A stretch of DNA of 64,000 bases from the human T2T-CHM13v2.0 reference genome, Homo sapiens, in assembly GCF_009914755.1 (NCBI RefSeq), contig NC_060927.1; one strand, 5' to 3'. Every line of letters begins with the position of its first letter. The stretch's first letter is position 1. Position numbers and translations under genes: made by a program. Under the pieces are notes generated by a model, which had not been told where the DNA came from, did not search any database, and saw only the letters and a list, made by a program, of their open reading frames with translations. Of the stretch, positions 32,492 to 51,257 are shown piece after piece.

Positions 32492-33584
<1,093 letters not shown>

Positions 33585-33595
<11 letters not shown>

Positions 33596-35124
33596 CACAG
33601 ACTTTTTATTTTTTGCATTTATTGTGGTAAAATATACATAACATAAAACCTTTTAACCATTTATTTTTAAACATTTTAAGCTTCTTATTGAAATATAACA
33701 ATATAGGAAACACATACACAGTACAACTTGTAAGTACACTGCTCAATCAGATTTCATCTGGATCAAGAACAGAATATTCCAATATTCCGGAAAAGAAAAG
33801 AAACATGTTAAAAAGAAAAGATTTTTATTTAAAAAACCTAGACATAGTAATTAAAATGGGGGTTAAGAGAGGTAATCTCTCTATCCCTTTGTGTGTGTGT
33901 GTATATATATATATATCATACATAATCCCATATCTATGCATCTATACCCACCCTATAATGTACCATTTTCAGAAATGGGTTTGCAGAAGACTTTCTAAGG
34001 GGTATTTGTTTTATTGTTTAAAAGATTATGTGGTAATAACTTTGGGATACACTAAATAGAGTAATCAAACAAGTTTGTCACCCAAGGAAATTTTCACAAA
34101 TTCAGACTTCAGGGCCTATTGACTGATCATTCTCAAGTCAAGAGAGGAATGAGGAGAATCCTTCTTGCCCATTCTAGATATATTTTTTAAATTATGATAA
34201 AATATACATAACAAAATTTACCATTTTAACCATTTTTATGGGTACAATTTAGTGGCATTAACATTCAAAATGTTGAGCAACCATCATCGCTATCCATTTC
34301 CAGAATTTGTTCATCCCAAACAGAAACTATGTACTCGTTAAACAATAACCCCACCCCCCATTTCCTCCTCCCTGCAGTCCCTGGCAACCACTATTCTCCT
34401 TTCTGTTTCTGTGAACTTGCCTATGCTGGTACCTCATAAAAGTGGCATCATATTTGGCCTTTTGTGTCTGGCTTATTTCACTTAGCATAGTGTTTTCAAG
34501 GTTTATCCTGAGGTAGTATTTATCAGAATTTCATTCCTTTTTAAAGCTAAATAATATTCCATTGTATGTATTATAGCACATTTGTTTATCCATTCATGAT
34601 AGACACTTGAGCTGTTTCCATCTTTTGCTATTCCAGTAATGCTGCTATGAACTTGGTGTATAAATAGTGGCATTTTATACATTTGTACAAATCCATCCTC
34701 ATGTATTTTTGTTCTATAAATAAACTTTTGGAGGCATTTTACAATTTAGAGGTCAAATAGAAATTAATGGTAACATACATTTCAAAGAGTCCAATGTTTT
34801 ATTATCGACATTAATATTTGTTCATGCTGAAGATTTAGGGATGAAGTAATGGGCAAAAAACTGACATATAATCGACACTACACAGGTATCTCTTAAGTAC
34901 ATAGTAATATTTTGCTAATTATTGGACTAAAAAATATAAAAGATAGAAATACATCAATTACTTTGTGTTTCATCTTTCTGCATGTACTTTTACACTAAAT
35001 ACACAGCAAGTACTTATACTCGGTTAAAGATTATGCTTTTTTCTTTAGCAACCAAAACATGCTTACCCTTGGTTAATCAGAACGTGTTTCAAAAGATAAA
35101 ATTTCTTAAAGATACGCATGGCAT
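33585..35124 (-). other. IFT80: IFT80 3' UTR (approximate end)
   Basis: Follows the TAA stop; minus-strand AATAAA at 34798-34803, 33618-33623 and 33605-33610. Confidence 0.65.
34180..34670 (-). mobile_element. Old L1M (L1MB-like) 3' fragment within the IFT80 3' UTR
   Basis: AAAATATACATAACAAAATTTACCATTTTAACCATTTTT...AATATTCCATTGTATG. Confidence 0.8.
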
Positions 35125-35304
<180 letters not shown>

Positions 35305-35335
35305 CTAAGAGTAAACAGATAGACTGTGTGACTTC

Positions 35336-35387
35336 CAAAAGATTAGAGAAAAAGAGAGCATCAAAAGATTAGAGAAAAAGAGAGCAT
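35336..35387. repeat. Perfect 26-bp tandem duplication CAAAAGATTAGAGAAAAAGAGAGCAT x2
   Basis: Direct reading. Confidence 0.92.
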
Positions 35388-35414
35388 CAAAGTTAAGAAG
35401 AAGAAATAATGCTT

Positions 35415-35725
<311 letters not shown>

Positions 35726-37389
35726 ATAATGCTCAAAAACCACAAAGTAGTTTTAAGAATAAGACCAAAAAATAAGAATTATATAATAAAAAGCAAAGAC
35801 TCTCATTGTGATTTAAAAGACCAAAATCTAGTCACAGCTATTTATAAAGGTACATCTAAACAGTCCCATGGAGCCTTAGGATTGTGTACACGTGCTCAGG
35901 GACAAGGTAGGGGATGAGATGGACCGCTGTCTTCCAAACGAGGAAAAAGTGGACCGGACTCTGGTTACCAAGCCATTTTTCAAATAGGCTTCACATCTTA
36001 TATACTGCAGTTTCCACTGGAAGCCTAGTTATGAGGAAAGACAGGGATTCATTAGCTTCCCCTAAGCATATTCTGTGAAAGTGGCTCCTTTGCACCAACT
36101 CTTAAAGTAAGACATGGTGGTCATTAAGACAATGAGGAAAAGATGTTAGAGAAAGCGAAGGGAAAGCAAGACTGGGAAACACATGAAAAGAATAACTGCA
36201 AAGTGCAAACATTTTTATTTGTTTGCTTCCCTTCTATCCGTTATGCAGTCTCCCCTCCCCTAGCCCAGCCCTATTCCTCTCTTAAGTTCATTAGACTTGT
36301 TAGGAATAGACTCTGCCCCTGAGTTCTATGAGCAACTTCTTTAGGAAAGCACATTCTACCAGTTAACAAAGTTTGGAGATCACTAATTTAGGAATGTTTA
36401 TCCTTTCTGAGGCAAGACATGGAAAAAATTGGGTCATAGATTAAACTAACTCTGATTTACAGGAAATAAATCCAAACCCCTGAGTCTGGGCCAAAAGTGA
36501 ATAGGTTTTCACCTCTGTTTAGGGGAGTTGAATGGAATAAGTAGTATTAAAGCAGAATGAAGTAATCTCAGTCTGCTTGAACAGATTTAGCTTAAGTAAG
36601 TGAGGGGTTAATTTAACTTTAATAGGACTTCATGCCTCTTTTATGCTGGAGGTTAAAGAAATTAAGTATTTTTTTTAATTCCAATATCCCATACCTGAAT
36701 TGCTGTGAAGCAATTTGTAAATATTTTGGCTCACCTTTATTTAAAATAACAATGCCATATACTTATGTATAATACATAAAATAGATGAATTAATAAACGA
36801 ATTCCTCTCACTCATAGAAGACAAATGTCTGTGCTAAGATGCAAGTGACAGCTCATTGAAAAGCCAAGCAGATGTTAGATTATTTGAAAGACTCATTTTT
36901 TCAATCAGGGCAAAATCTGATATTTTTTAAACGGCAAAGCACTCATTTCTATGTCTAACAAAACACTTATAGAGAAGACGAAACTTGATGGATGCTTTGG
37001 GTTTCTTCCAGCCTTAAATTGACTTACATACATTTCTCAAATCAATCACAATAAAACCATACATTGATAATATACTGAACAACTGCTGCTCTGTTGCAAG
37101 TAAATTGATGATATCTGTATTAGTTATTTGTTATAATACAAATCAGGGTGTCAGTGGATAGCTGTCCTACTGAAAATAAATGTTTCACTTTCGCTTTGGC
37201 ATTGATCTAGTTTTAAAAAGTGTTCTACAGATAATTTAGTTCGTGGATTAGAATATTTTTAATAGTAGGTTTTAGATAAGAATGTTCTCTGATAGTTGTC
37301 AAGTGATTTCTACACTAAAATCCATCTTTTGCTAGTATAGGGACTGCCAATATTATCTGGCACTCCTTATTCTACTCGCTAGCCAATTC

Positions 37390-38110
37390 TTAGTCACCTA
37401 TAAGCAATTTCAAAATCATACCAAAAGGCTCTCCATCCTCTAACACATTTCTCTTTCTCTTCCTCTCAGCTGAAGATCAGCTTCCTACTTTACAGAGAAT
37501 ATAGTGGCCATGAGGTATGAATTCACTTTATTTTCCTTCCTTGCATTCACGAACTTACCTGTATCTACACCCATCATTATCTTTCTCTTCCGTCTCAGGC
37601 CAACCTCTTAACATATGTCTCTGATTCCATTTTCTTTGACTCCTCTAGGACATCTGACTTCAATTATTCCTCACACATTAAATGTCCTTCTTTTCACTGA
37701 CTCGCTCTCATCATCCTTGGCTCTCTATGCTGTCTTCTCCCTGCAAGCTACCATCCTTCTTCTTCTCATTCCTGACTCTCATTCTCTTCCCTGTCCACTA
37801 TAATTCTGATCCTGTGACACTTTAAGAACTTTGCACTAAAACCACCTTCGGCTGTTTTCAGTCCTTATCTTATATACCTTCTCTGTATGATTCAATTTTT
37901 CATTCAACAAATATTTAGTGCTTAGTATATATCAAGGATTGTCTGAGGTACAAGGATTCACCAGTGAACAAAAAGATAGAAATCACTGTCTTCATAGAGA
38001 GATAATAAACAAAGATAAAAATGGAAAGGGCAGATAATAAACAAAACAAAAAATATATCTAGTATGCCAGAAGCGGTAAAGATTTTGAAAATAGAGAAGG
38101 GAGATAGTGA
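37390..38110. mobile_element. L2 fragments
   Basis: CATTCAACAAATATTTAGTG L2 3' end motif and pyrimidine-rich L2-like body. Confidence 0.55.
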
Positions 38111-38157
38111 GCACCAGGAATAGAATAGGAGGTTGCAATGTCATCAGTTTACTTCAC

Positions 38158-38418
38158 GGGAGGCCAAGGCAAGAGGATTGCTTGAGCCCAGGAGTTCAAG
38201 ACCAGCCTGGGCAACATAGTGAGACCCTGTCTATACAAAAAAATAAAAAATTTAGCTGGGCTTGGTGGCATTCATCTCTAGTCCCATCTACTTAGAGGGC
38301 TCAGGTGAAAGGATCGCTTGAGTCTGGCTATGTTGAGGCCACAGTAAGCTGTCATTGTGCCACTGCACTCCAGCCTGGGCAACAAAGTGAGACCCTGTCT
38401 CAAAAAAAAAAAAAAAAA
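38158..38418 (+). mobile_element. Alu (5'-truncated AluJ-like)
   Basis: Alu body and poly(A). Confidence 0.9.
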
Positions 38419-38656
38419 GGGGGACCTGAAGGAGATGAGTGAGACCCATGTGTATATCTGGAGAAGGGCATGGTGACATGCAGAAGTACACGGACGGCCC
38501 TGGAATAAGAGCCTTCTCTGGACCTTGCTGACCACTGCTCTTTGAAAAATCTCTCAAGACTGTATAATACCATTCTCTTCTGGCTCCTGCTCTCCTTTCT
38601 AAATGCTGCTTCTTTCTTTCTCTCTCTTTTTTCCCTATATTCTGCTCCCTAGACAA

Positions 38657-39431
38657 TGTTGGAGAAGAAATATAATTTCTCCTCAACGCTTGTAAGTTTA
38701 TTGATGGGAGAGATAGGTGAAAAGAGAAAAACAAGCCGGTTCAATAATATGTGCAGTGTACATCACAGCAGGAGAAATCTCAATGAAAGGTAACTCAAAA
38801 CAGTGTCTTGGAACTCTGGGTTACATAGCATTTTCAACAAAGAACAATAAATTTTAAAGATGTGACAAGACTGTTTTTAGAGAAGTGAAAACAGTTTTAG
38901 GCTTCCAGAGATTGGAAACCATGGGAAAAAAATATATGGGAAGAAACTAATCAGGTGAGGTTTGTTCTATTTTTGAGACAGGGTCTTGCTCTGTCACCCA
39001 GGCTGGTGTGTGGTGGCCCAAACATGGCTCACCGCAGCCTCAACCTCCTGCTGGGACCACAGGTGTATGCTACCACACCTGGCTAATTTTTTAAATTTTT
39101 TTAGAGACAAGGTCTCACTTTGTTACCCAGGCTGGTCCTGAACTCTTGGGCTTGGCTTACATGATCCTCCTGCCTTGGTCTCCCAAAGTGCTGAGATTAC
39201 AGGGGTGAGCTACCACGCCCAGCCACGGAGTAAGGTTTTTTGGTAGATTGCTCTGGAGTCGTCCCTGAGCTGACAAGAGTTGTCTCTAGTAAAGGAGAAT
39301 TTATATTTTGTCTTTAGGAGGAAAAGGGGGAGAATAGAGCTCTTCCATTTGCTGCAGCTTGTCTTTAGCTCAAAAATATAAGTGTCAAAGAGACATATTT
39401 TGGGGTGTCATATTTTGGTTTCCTTCAACAA
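38657..39431 (-). mobile_element. ERV1-class LTR (subfamily uncertain) with nested Alu at ~38969-39224
   Basis: TGTTGGAGAAG...TTTCCTTCAACA ends; CATATTTTGGGGTGTCATATTTTGG; nested reverse Alu. Confidence 0.6.
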
Positions 39432-40214
39432 CCTCTTAACTGTTAATATTCACCAGGGTCCAACCATAGCTTTCTCACACTTTCCCTAAGAAATATCAAT
39501 TCATATAGCTTCAACTATACCTAGATGGTCAAGGCAATAAATTTAGTTTTCTAGCCCTTATTTCTCCCTTGTCAATGTCCTTTTGTGTTCATATTTATAT
39601 TTCTAATTGCCTGCTAGATACCTCCTTCTGGACACCTGATAGACACTCTAATCACATACAAAATGGTATATTTTCATGTATTCAAACTCAAAGGTCCAAA
39701 ATGTGTATATTCTTATGTATTCTTTAGATTAATGGCATTCCCATCTATCAGCTGCCCACACTAGAAATGTTGAAGTCATTCTCAAATGCCCTGCCTTACC
39801 TCACCACCTCTCCTCCCACCCCCAGTCACCACAACTGTTCTCTTAATTTTACTTCTAAAATTTTTCTTAAATTAATCGTACCCTTTCCATTTCCTAATGG
39901 GATTATTATAGTAACTTCCTAACTAGTCTCCTACTCACCACGCTCGCCTCTAAGCTATCTTTCACGTCTGATGTTATCTTTCAAGTCATTCTCTTGATTA
40001 CAAATCTCCAAGTCTTCCCATTGCCTTCATTACGAAGTCTATTCTCTTATCCTGGTATTAAGACCTTTCAATGACTTTTCCCAACCAGTATTCCAACCAC
40101 CCAGGGTCCAGAGCAGTCACTCAGGATTCTTCCTCATTCATTCAATAACTCGTACGTTTGCTCTTATTTTCATCTCCTTCAAGTGACTGGCAAAATCTTA
40201 AGATAATTTTGTAA

Positions 40215-41352
<1,138 letters not shown>

Positions 41353-42921
41353 AAAAGGAAAAAGTGATCATGTTATTGCCCTCCAATGGCTTCTCTTATT
41401 TAATTTGCCCTATGAAACCCTAAAGTCAATCCCTCCATTGCTTTTACTCTTTCCTACTTTAAAGCCTTCCCTCTCCTGGAACATGTTATTCTCATCTCCT
41501 ACCCAACCTCTACCCTGCAGTGAGCTTCTACTATTCATCCTCTAAAGCTGAGTTCAAATATCATGCTCTTTGCTAGAACAGTCTCTGCTGATTGCCTCAC
41601 CATAGGTCAGGACCCCCATTCATAAAGTCTTATAGCACCACGTACATCTCCTTCAAGGCAATTATCACAATTGAAATGAACAATTACCTAGACAACTGTC
41701 ACCTCCATTTGAATATAAACTTCATAAAGCCAGGGCCAGTGTCTGTCACGTTTACTATTATATCCCAAGCACTAAGGAGAAAACACTGTCTACAGGAGGC
41801 ACTCAATAAATACTGAATGAATAAAAGGTAAATAATTACCCAGCAAATCAGTAATCAGCTAACAACTCCTCACTATTAACAATTCCTCCAAACTTAAAAC
41901 CTGTAAAGCAGCTTTTCGGTAGTAGCTAAGCCTAAAGTGGTTTGTCCTAAGTAGAGTGTTGACTCAGATCTTCAAAATTTTAAACTTTCTGAAATCCTGC
42001 TCATGAGTTTGATTTCTTTCACTCTTTTTCTTTTTCCTAGCAAATGTCTGAAGTATTTCCCAGATCTACTTTTCTTCTTGTGCAGAGTATATATTTAATA
42101 TAATAAATGTATTCTTTGAGTGGATTTTATTTGCTAGATTTAAAATTTGTTTTATAAATATTTACAGAACACTATTGTAGACCAAGTACAATAACTCTAA
42201 ATATCAGGGTTGTTGGAAAACAGTACTCCTTGTAAAAATCCCAGATTGCCATATTTTAAATTAGAAATGGCCAAATAACATTTCAGGGCTCATAAACTAA
42301 GTGTCTATCAAACTTCTCACTTCTTCCCTTATGGTAGATTCCATTCATTTATAAATTTCCAGATGGTATGCATTGTGAGCCCACCAAAATCACCAGATAT
42401 CTAGAATAAATTTCTCAATGTTATTTTTAAAAGACCCCTTTCTATTTAACTCTTAGTTCTGAAATAAAGCATTTATATAATCATAAGTCTGGCAAAGATA
42501 AATATGGATGATATATTATGACTAGATTATAGACTTAAATGAAACCAAAAGGTCAGCAAGTAATGCAGATATCCCCAAGAGCTATTTTCCCAGGGTTACA
42601 TTTTATTTCATTGGTGGGAAATTTTTAAGAAAAAAATAATTTTCATCATAAAATACTGCTTTATGATTTTTAGTTAACTCCAAATGACATTTATGAAGAA
42701 AAGTAGGAAACGAGAACATAGTACCATAGGGAGTCAAAGTAACCTATATAGTTTCTGGATGGAAAAAAAAAACCCTAAAATACCTAAGAAAGCCATGTTG
42801 TTCTGGTACTCTTATGATTAAAGTATTATATTTTGGTAACAGTTGAATATATGTATAATGAAAAAGATGATAAAGATGTTAATTTTTGCTATCTAAAATA
42901 TAATTTTCTTCATAGTAAGGA

Positions 42922-43283
42922 CTTTCTTTTCTTTCTCCTCCCCCCCCCTTCTTTCCTTCCTTCCTTCTCTCTTTCTCTTTTTTTCTTTCTCTCTTTTCTT
43001 TCATTCTGACAGGATCTCACTCTGTCACCTAGGCTGGAGTGCAGTGGCATGATCTCAACTCACTTCAGCCTTGACCTCCCAGGCTCAGGTGATTCTCCTA
43101 CCTCTCCCAAGTAGCTGGGACTACAAGCATGAGCCACCATGTCCAGCTAATTTTTAAATTTTTTGTACAGATGGGATCTCACTATGTTGCCTAAGCTGGT
43201 CTCAAACTCCTGGACTCAAGTGATCCTCCTGCCTCAGCCTCCCAAAGTGTTGGGATTATAGGCTTGAGCCACCACACCTGATC
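42922..43283 (-). mobile_element. Alu (AluJ-like) with CT-rich tail
   Basis: Pyrimidine-rich tail then reverse Alu. Confidence 0.9.
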
Positions 43284-44321
43284 AGAACTGTATTTCCTAT
43301 GTTCTCAAAAGTATCAAATGTGAATATTGAAAAAATATTGATGGCGAGGAGGAAAAAGCAGAGTAGTTTAATCTGCTTTAAAATTATACAATAAACAAGG
43401 TGGGTGCTCAGTTTTAACATATGATCATATATTCAAAACTGTGACACAAAGATCAGATTACCTGACCTTTGTGTCACAGTTCTTTGGGCTGCTTAGCACT
43501 GTTTTGGTGGTGGCTGCTGTCATATATTATGAATCAGAGTGTAGCCCCAGAGATCCCAGGGATGCTGTGTTTGTCCTAATAGTAGAGTATGCCCAAACTC
43601 CCAGGATTCACTTCAGTACTAAGCAGGTTCCAAATGAAATCAAAAAAAGGTTTGTGGAGCTTCTAAAAAACATATCTCCTTTCTACCATGAAACCCACAA
43701 CTTGTAGCTATCCTGGATCCAGATGTCGAAGTTGCACTGCTAAACTCTAAGAATGGTCTCAAAGGCCTCACTAACATGAAAATTGTTCTGAAGTGCAAAA
43801 ATGTAGATCAAGACACTACGTATTCTAAATACAATAAGTAGATAATGTTGGCTTTAATAGAAATTGTGGGTGCCTTCTCTCTATCTTCTCTCCTCTTCCT
43901 AAGTCTCCTCTAACCCAGTCTGCCCCTATGATCAATCAGAACATTCCATTTTATTCTACACCAAGAAGGTATGCTCCCACATAATCTATAAGCTCCAAAG
44001 AGACATAAGAGGCTGTATCTGATTTTAACCCCTAGCATAGTGTCTAGGCCAGAGTGAGATATCATACATTTTTTGAATAAATGAATGAATAAAAGGCTAA
44101 AGAAAGTGGTTCACAGAGCTGAAAGAAAGGTCAGCCCTGTCTTGTAATCACAGCTCTTAGGAGTCAAGCTTCTTGGATCTATATGGCTAGTGACATGAGC
44201 TCTGTTTCTGCTGTCTGAGCCTAAAAGAATCTGGCTAAGTGGCTATAATCAGTTATGCTCTAGGCAATGGGGCAAACTCATTCTGGGTCTCCTTGTGGGC
44301 TGATCTATACTGGAATGACTT

Positions 44322-44465
44322 CCTTCTTTTTATTTTTATTTGTTTATTTAGAGGTGGGGTCTTGCTATGTTGCCCAGGCTGGCCTTGAATTCTTGGGCTC
44401 AAGCAGTCCTCCTGCCTCAGCCTCCCAAGTAGCTGGGACTACAGGCATGCACCACTGCATCCCAG
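44322..44465 (-). mobile_element. Alu monomer (FLAM-like)
   Basis: Reverse monomer; TSD GAATGACTT. Confidence 0.85.
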
Positions 44466-44949
44466 AATGACTTTCTTCTAATTAGAGTAATAAAATCTGA
44501 GATTCTGGTAGGAGCCTGGAAGGCAAAGGCTGAGTCTTCTTTGGTTCTAGGTAGTGAAATCTACCTAGGCTAGGCACTTCTAGGAGGTGCAACCTAGCTT
44601 TCTAGAATTCTACAAAGTGACCAACTATGCATTTTCTGGTCAGTGCCCTCTGTGCATATATATTTCCCCTACAGCAGAAGAGGCAGCTTGTGGCAGGTGA
44701 AATTTAAGAGTTAGAAGCTTTTATTCCACCCACGTATATTATTTATCTAAAAATATCAAATAGCACCCAACCTTAGCACAAATGGAATATTATGAAGACA
44801 GACTTGAGTTAATCAAAATATGCCTGCAAGATTCCAGAGAAAAATTTAGTACTATAATTACAGTCAAAATAAGATGTCATAAGGCAAAAAGTAATTCTTT
44901 TAGAGGTTAAAAGATTCAAAATTTGAATCATTCACATTTTGTCTCATTA

Positions 44950-45270
<321 letters not shown>

Positions 45271-45458
45271 TCATCCATCTTGCAAATTCCTACTTATATA
45301 CTTCAGGGCCCAGATCAAACATGGCCTCTTCTCCCTGACCAGCTCTTCTTGTAGAAATAAATGACTATTATCTTATCTATGCTTCATACCATTTATATAT
45401 ATACTATTATTACAGCACTCCTTATAGTACAATTGTTATGAGTCTTTTTTCTCCACTA

Positions 45459-45905
<447 letters not shown>

Positions 45906-46535
45906 TTATTTTGACCATTTTCATAAGTCTATACTGAGTTTATAAAATTAAAAACTGGTATCTTTACATTATTACTATAGCAAATTAAAAATCTTATGAA
46001 AATAACAAATTGAGGCTAAGAAGTCTGAGAAAATGCCTTTTGCCATCTGAGTCTCAGGAAAAGTTGACAGTCATTTAAGTTTTATAATTCAATCAATATT
46101 TATGCAAGTTATTTTTAAAGTAATATTTTATTTAAATGGTAGATGATAACTAAATAAATTGCTGCTGAAAACAGTGGTATAAACTAAAGACATAAAATAT
46201 ATACACTGATGATAATTTGTAGGAGAATAAAAAGATTAATCCTCAGTTCCAGGCTTACTTTCACATGTGGGTTTTGGACAGCACCTCAGCCACTGCAATC
46301 CTGTGCATAACTCATATTAGTTGAGTCGGGAACAATCCAGTGGACTATAGCTCTCTTACACTGTTCACTGTCATCTTGTTTCAAAATAAGATAACAGTCA
46401 TCATAATAGTCAAAAGCACATTATTTCTCAAGTTCTCTTGCTTTCTAATATGACATACGACTTCTGAATATTCCAGTCAGGATTTATCAGAGCCAACTAT
46501 TATAAGTCTGTTGTTTTAGCAAAGCTGACTACTGA

Positions 46536-46916
<381 letters not shown>

Positions 46917-48379
46917 TGATCAAACTAAATAGTCACTTTAAAAAGTATTTTAGACATGGTGTATGTATTGATTGACAACTGATAGACTTTTGAGAGATAT
47001 TAAACACTTAATATGCAAAAATTATGAATGTAAGTTATATATAATACAAATGGTAATGCCAAAATTGGGCAAAATGATTTCTTATAAATTGACATACACT
47101 GTATTGTGAAATCCAAGGGTCAGTATTTGCTACCATCACACATTCTCACAAAATTCCCTCATTCCTCTGTGACCTTACGTCTTTCAGAAAAAAAAACAGG
47201 CAGAAAAGAATGTAAAGTTACTAGAATATAGAGGGGAAAAGTGGAAGATAAAGAAGGCAAAAAGCAATTCACGGAGGCTCAAAAAAGGAGAAACAGAAGT
47301 AAAGATGCCTCAGTTCTGCTAACCCTCTCCCATATAATCCCCCCATGTATATCCCTAAGGCTCTGATTCCAGTTGTGTATGTGTGAGTGGAGACTGATGA
47401 GCTACTTTTTTTTGTCACCTTAGAAGCTCCATCTCCCATTCTTTCTTTATGATTGTACATGATCAGGGAAGGAGATCTTGATTGTGCAAAACTGAAAGTA
47501 TTCTCAATGGGGAGTACATAAAATCATCCATTCTGGGTTGGAGCTTTTCCAAAATTCCGAATGAGATACTATGGTATGAAACATCAATACATTTAATTAT
47601 GTAGAAAGAATAGAATATGATGTCTAATCCTGCATTTAGATGCTAGATCCTAAGAATTATCTATCATTGTCATTATTATTATTATAATAAAATATGTATC
47701 GATTGAATAGCAATGGCTAAGGGTAAACATTCAAATGATATGTGCTATTTTAAATGTTCTCTAAAAGCACATACTGGGTAAAAAAATGTTTCTTCTCCAC
47801 ATTTAGGAGGGAACTTACTCCAAATTATCTAAGGGTTTTGGGAACAGTATGTCTCTAGTTTTAAAATGGTTATTTGGCAACCAAACAAATGTGACATTAG
47901 ATTCTAAGGCTGGAATAAATCCATGTATTTTAAATAGAAGGAAGTTATATAAAAAGATGTTATAACTTCAAAATATGATTTTTGCATAACTTGAATGAAG
48001 CGAAATCACTTTGTATAACTGAGATCAGAAATTATTTTTATTAATATGCACATAAAGGATTAACATGCATATTTAGAGTTTCTAGTTTCTACCTCTCTTA
48101 ACTTCAGTTTTTGAGAACAGACTACTACCAAATGTCCAAAGTGGATAGCAAACAGATAACTTGCTTACCTATAACTCTTCAAGAGCTGTACCTTATTAGG
48201 TTGCAGGCAATTTTCAAATTCAAACATGAAAGACAGAAGCATAAACCAGCAAGACTATGCTTCTCAAGTGGAATATCACATATGAACAAAACAAAATCTG
48301 TTCCCTTCTAGAGGATTTAAACAAATATAGAGATTCAGGGATATTAAAAGCAATCTAATGTATTTAGCATCTAACAAAT

Positions 48380-49135
48380 TCTATCCTTCTGGAATGATAG
48401 AATATCACCATTTTGTAAGCTCAAATTAATAGATTTGGGCAATGATCATCAATGGCTACTAACATCACAAAAAATACCATGAAAAACCACTACAGCCAGT
48501 CATTACAAAAACATCTAACACTACTATAATGAAGTCTTATCAAAAAAAAAAAAACCTAAATCTAATCAAGTTCCTAGATTCAACAACCAATATGCAACTA
48601 ATTCAGGGGACAGAGGACTATGTTAAAGTACACCACAAAGATGCAATGTTTGTCCAAAGATCCAATAATGTCCACACTATGGTAAATTCTATAGGTCCAG
48701 TTTCTTCAATGGGAAAATTGCAAGAAAACACAAAAAAGAATAGGAGAAGCTATAGATTAAAACAAATTTAAGAACATATCAACCAATCACAGTGTGTGGA
48801 TCTTTATTGGATTCTGATTCAAACAAACCATAAAACAAAACAAAACACTTATGAGTGAAACAGAGAAATAAGAACAGTGAATATAATTACTGTTTACTTT
48901 TGAAGGTATGACTGCAATATTGTGGCTATGTTAAAAAAAATTTAGAGATACATGCTGAAATATTTACAGAAAAAAATGATATAATGATTGGGGTCTGCTT
49001 TAAAATAAATGGTAGGGTAAGGGTAGAAATTGTTCACAAATTGATCATTGTCGAAGTGAATGATGGGTACATTCAGACTATTCTCTCTACTTTTGTATGT
49101 GTTTGAAATTTTCCATAATAAACAATTTTTTAAAA
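48380..49135 (+). mobile_element. Old L1ME-like fragment
   Basis: TGGATTCTGATTCAAACAAAC and GTGTTTGAAATTTTCCATAATAAA 3' end. Confidence 0.6.
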
Positions 49136-49534
49136 TTCCATCTTTTCATCCCTTCTGATCTCTATTGCTAAATTCTCTTCTTAAAGCACACCCTTAAATA
49201 TTGGTATTCAGCAGATATCTGCTTGCTGCTCTCTTTTCTTAAGTTTTCGTGATAAACCTCAGCCATACTCATGGCCTCAACTACTGTCTGTAGACTGATA
49301 ATTCCTTCACTGGCTTTCCCCTCAATGTCTAGGATCTCTCATGAACATTAAACTTGTATATCCCACTCCCTACTGGGCCTTATGAACTGGATGTAGAAAT
49401 TCAATTAAAGGTAAACAAATTCAAATTGTTAGATAGCTTAACCATTACCTTATACTTGTACAAAAAAATCTACTACAGCTCTGTTCTATACACATATTCA
49501 ATGTGGGCCTTCCCTGCAGCTAAAGTACATAAAC

Positions 49535-49662
49535 AAATTCAAGCCCTGTGCATAGGTTATATGTAAATACTACGTCATTTTATACGAAGAACTTGAGCAT
49601 CCCAGATTTTGGTATCCTGGGGGTCCTGGAACCAATCCTTACCCATCTCACGGATACCAAGC
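49535..49662. mobile_element. Tigger3/MER7-like fragment
   Basis: GCATAGGTTATATGTAAATACTACG...GGGGTCCTGGAACCAATC...GGATACC, like the 6500-6824 copy. Confidence 0.7.
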
Positions 49663-51257
49663 GATTACACTTAATTATCTGTTGAATGAATGAATGAATG
49701 TGCAGTTGGAACAAATACTCCAAATTGTTTCAGAAATATCTGTAGAACTTAGAAATAAAAACAATATATAAGTTTCCTGAGAGTTTCTTAGCAGCTATAA
49801 TTACTTTTGCTGAATATTTGCAGTCCTTTCTTATCCAATCTTGATATTTATGCTAAAAGCAATGGGAAACTATGAATTTCACTGAAGTGGGCTTTATTGA
49901 AGTGAATCAGAGGTCAAGAGTGATACGACCAGATTTCCATTGTGAAAAGATCACTATGACTGCAGAGTGAAGAATGGGTAGGAAAGAGACAGAGTAGATA
50001 TAGGGAGATCAGTGATGACATTAAGCAGAAAAACTTGGATCAACTTACGTAATGGTACTAGTAGTGAAGTGGATGAGTGTTAGAGGCATTTGGGAGGGAA
50101 ATGGTTGATAATAGGGAGGGCGAAGGTGAGGAAAATGTTAAAAGTAACTTCTACGTTTCCAGCTTTGTACAGCTGAAAGAATGATAAGATAAATTAGGCT
50201 GGAGGAGGACCAGGTTTATGAGGGAATAAACATAAATTTGAGCTAAAAAATGTGAGATATCTAATGGAAATGTTAAGTAGGCAGTTGGAGAATTGAATTC
50301 TGGAAGCAAATATGGGCAGAACAAAAGGCTAGATGAGAGATGCATATTTTGGAGTCTTAAGTGTATAGATAGTGTAGTGTATAAATAATGGTCAGAATCC
50401 AGGAACAATGCTCTGGGATCTTTATCATCTTTTCAGGTAGACTCAGAGATCTCTACCAGCACCTGACCAAACCACTGGCTTACAATTAGGTAAAAGCAAG
50501 AAACACATGAAAAGGAGATGCCAGGAGATAAGAAGAATGGAGGAGCACCCAGAATTCATTCTCTTTCCTCATTACATCTTCTTTGACCTTCTTGTTTTCC
50601 CTCTCCCTGAGATCTAATGATTTCAAGAGAAGGTCCCTTACTGAGAACTGGAAGGTGAAGGGGGGCATGCGGGGAACAGGATATAAGGATAGCAGGGAAA
50701 GTTTGAGGTCTCAGCAAAAAATAAGTAGAGACACATGATATAAGCCTTAAAGGACTGGAGATTTTATAAGATAGGGAAGTAAAGATGAGGGAGGCAAAAA
50801 GGACACCAACTCCACTCACACTGGATCCTAAGGAATGTAGAGTGGAGAGAATAAATTGACTCCATTTGAGAGGACTGGTAGAGAAGTGGTGTTCTCTTCT
50901 CCACCTTCTCTTCCAAATAAAGGTAGGTTTCATTTGGGTCAAGGAGGTACAAGAAATGTTCAGAAGGTTATATTATAGGCCATCAGAGGCAAATTTCCTC
51001 ACCTTCTTCTGTGATACCTACTCACTCACTGCATGTATCTACACCCAATAAATGTTTGAAGAGGAGGAATGCTGCAAAATGATGAAGAGTATTGCATAGA
51101 GAGTAAGGGCATGAATATTAACTACCTACTATGTATAGATAATGTGAAATGTTTCCGCTCTTCAGGAAGTATATAATCTGTAAGAGGAAAGACGATTTAA
51201 TATCTGCAAATATAAATAAAGAGAGAAATAGTAATCCAGTAAAAACAACATAAGCAT

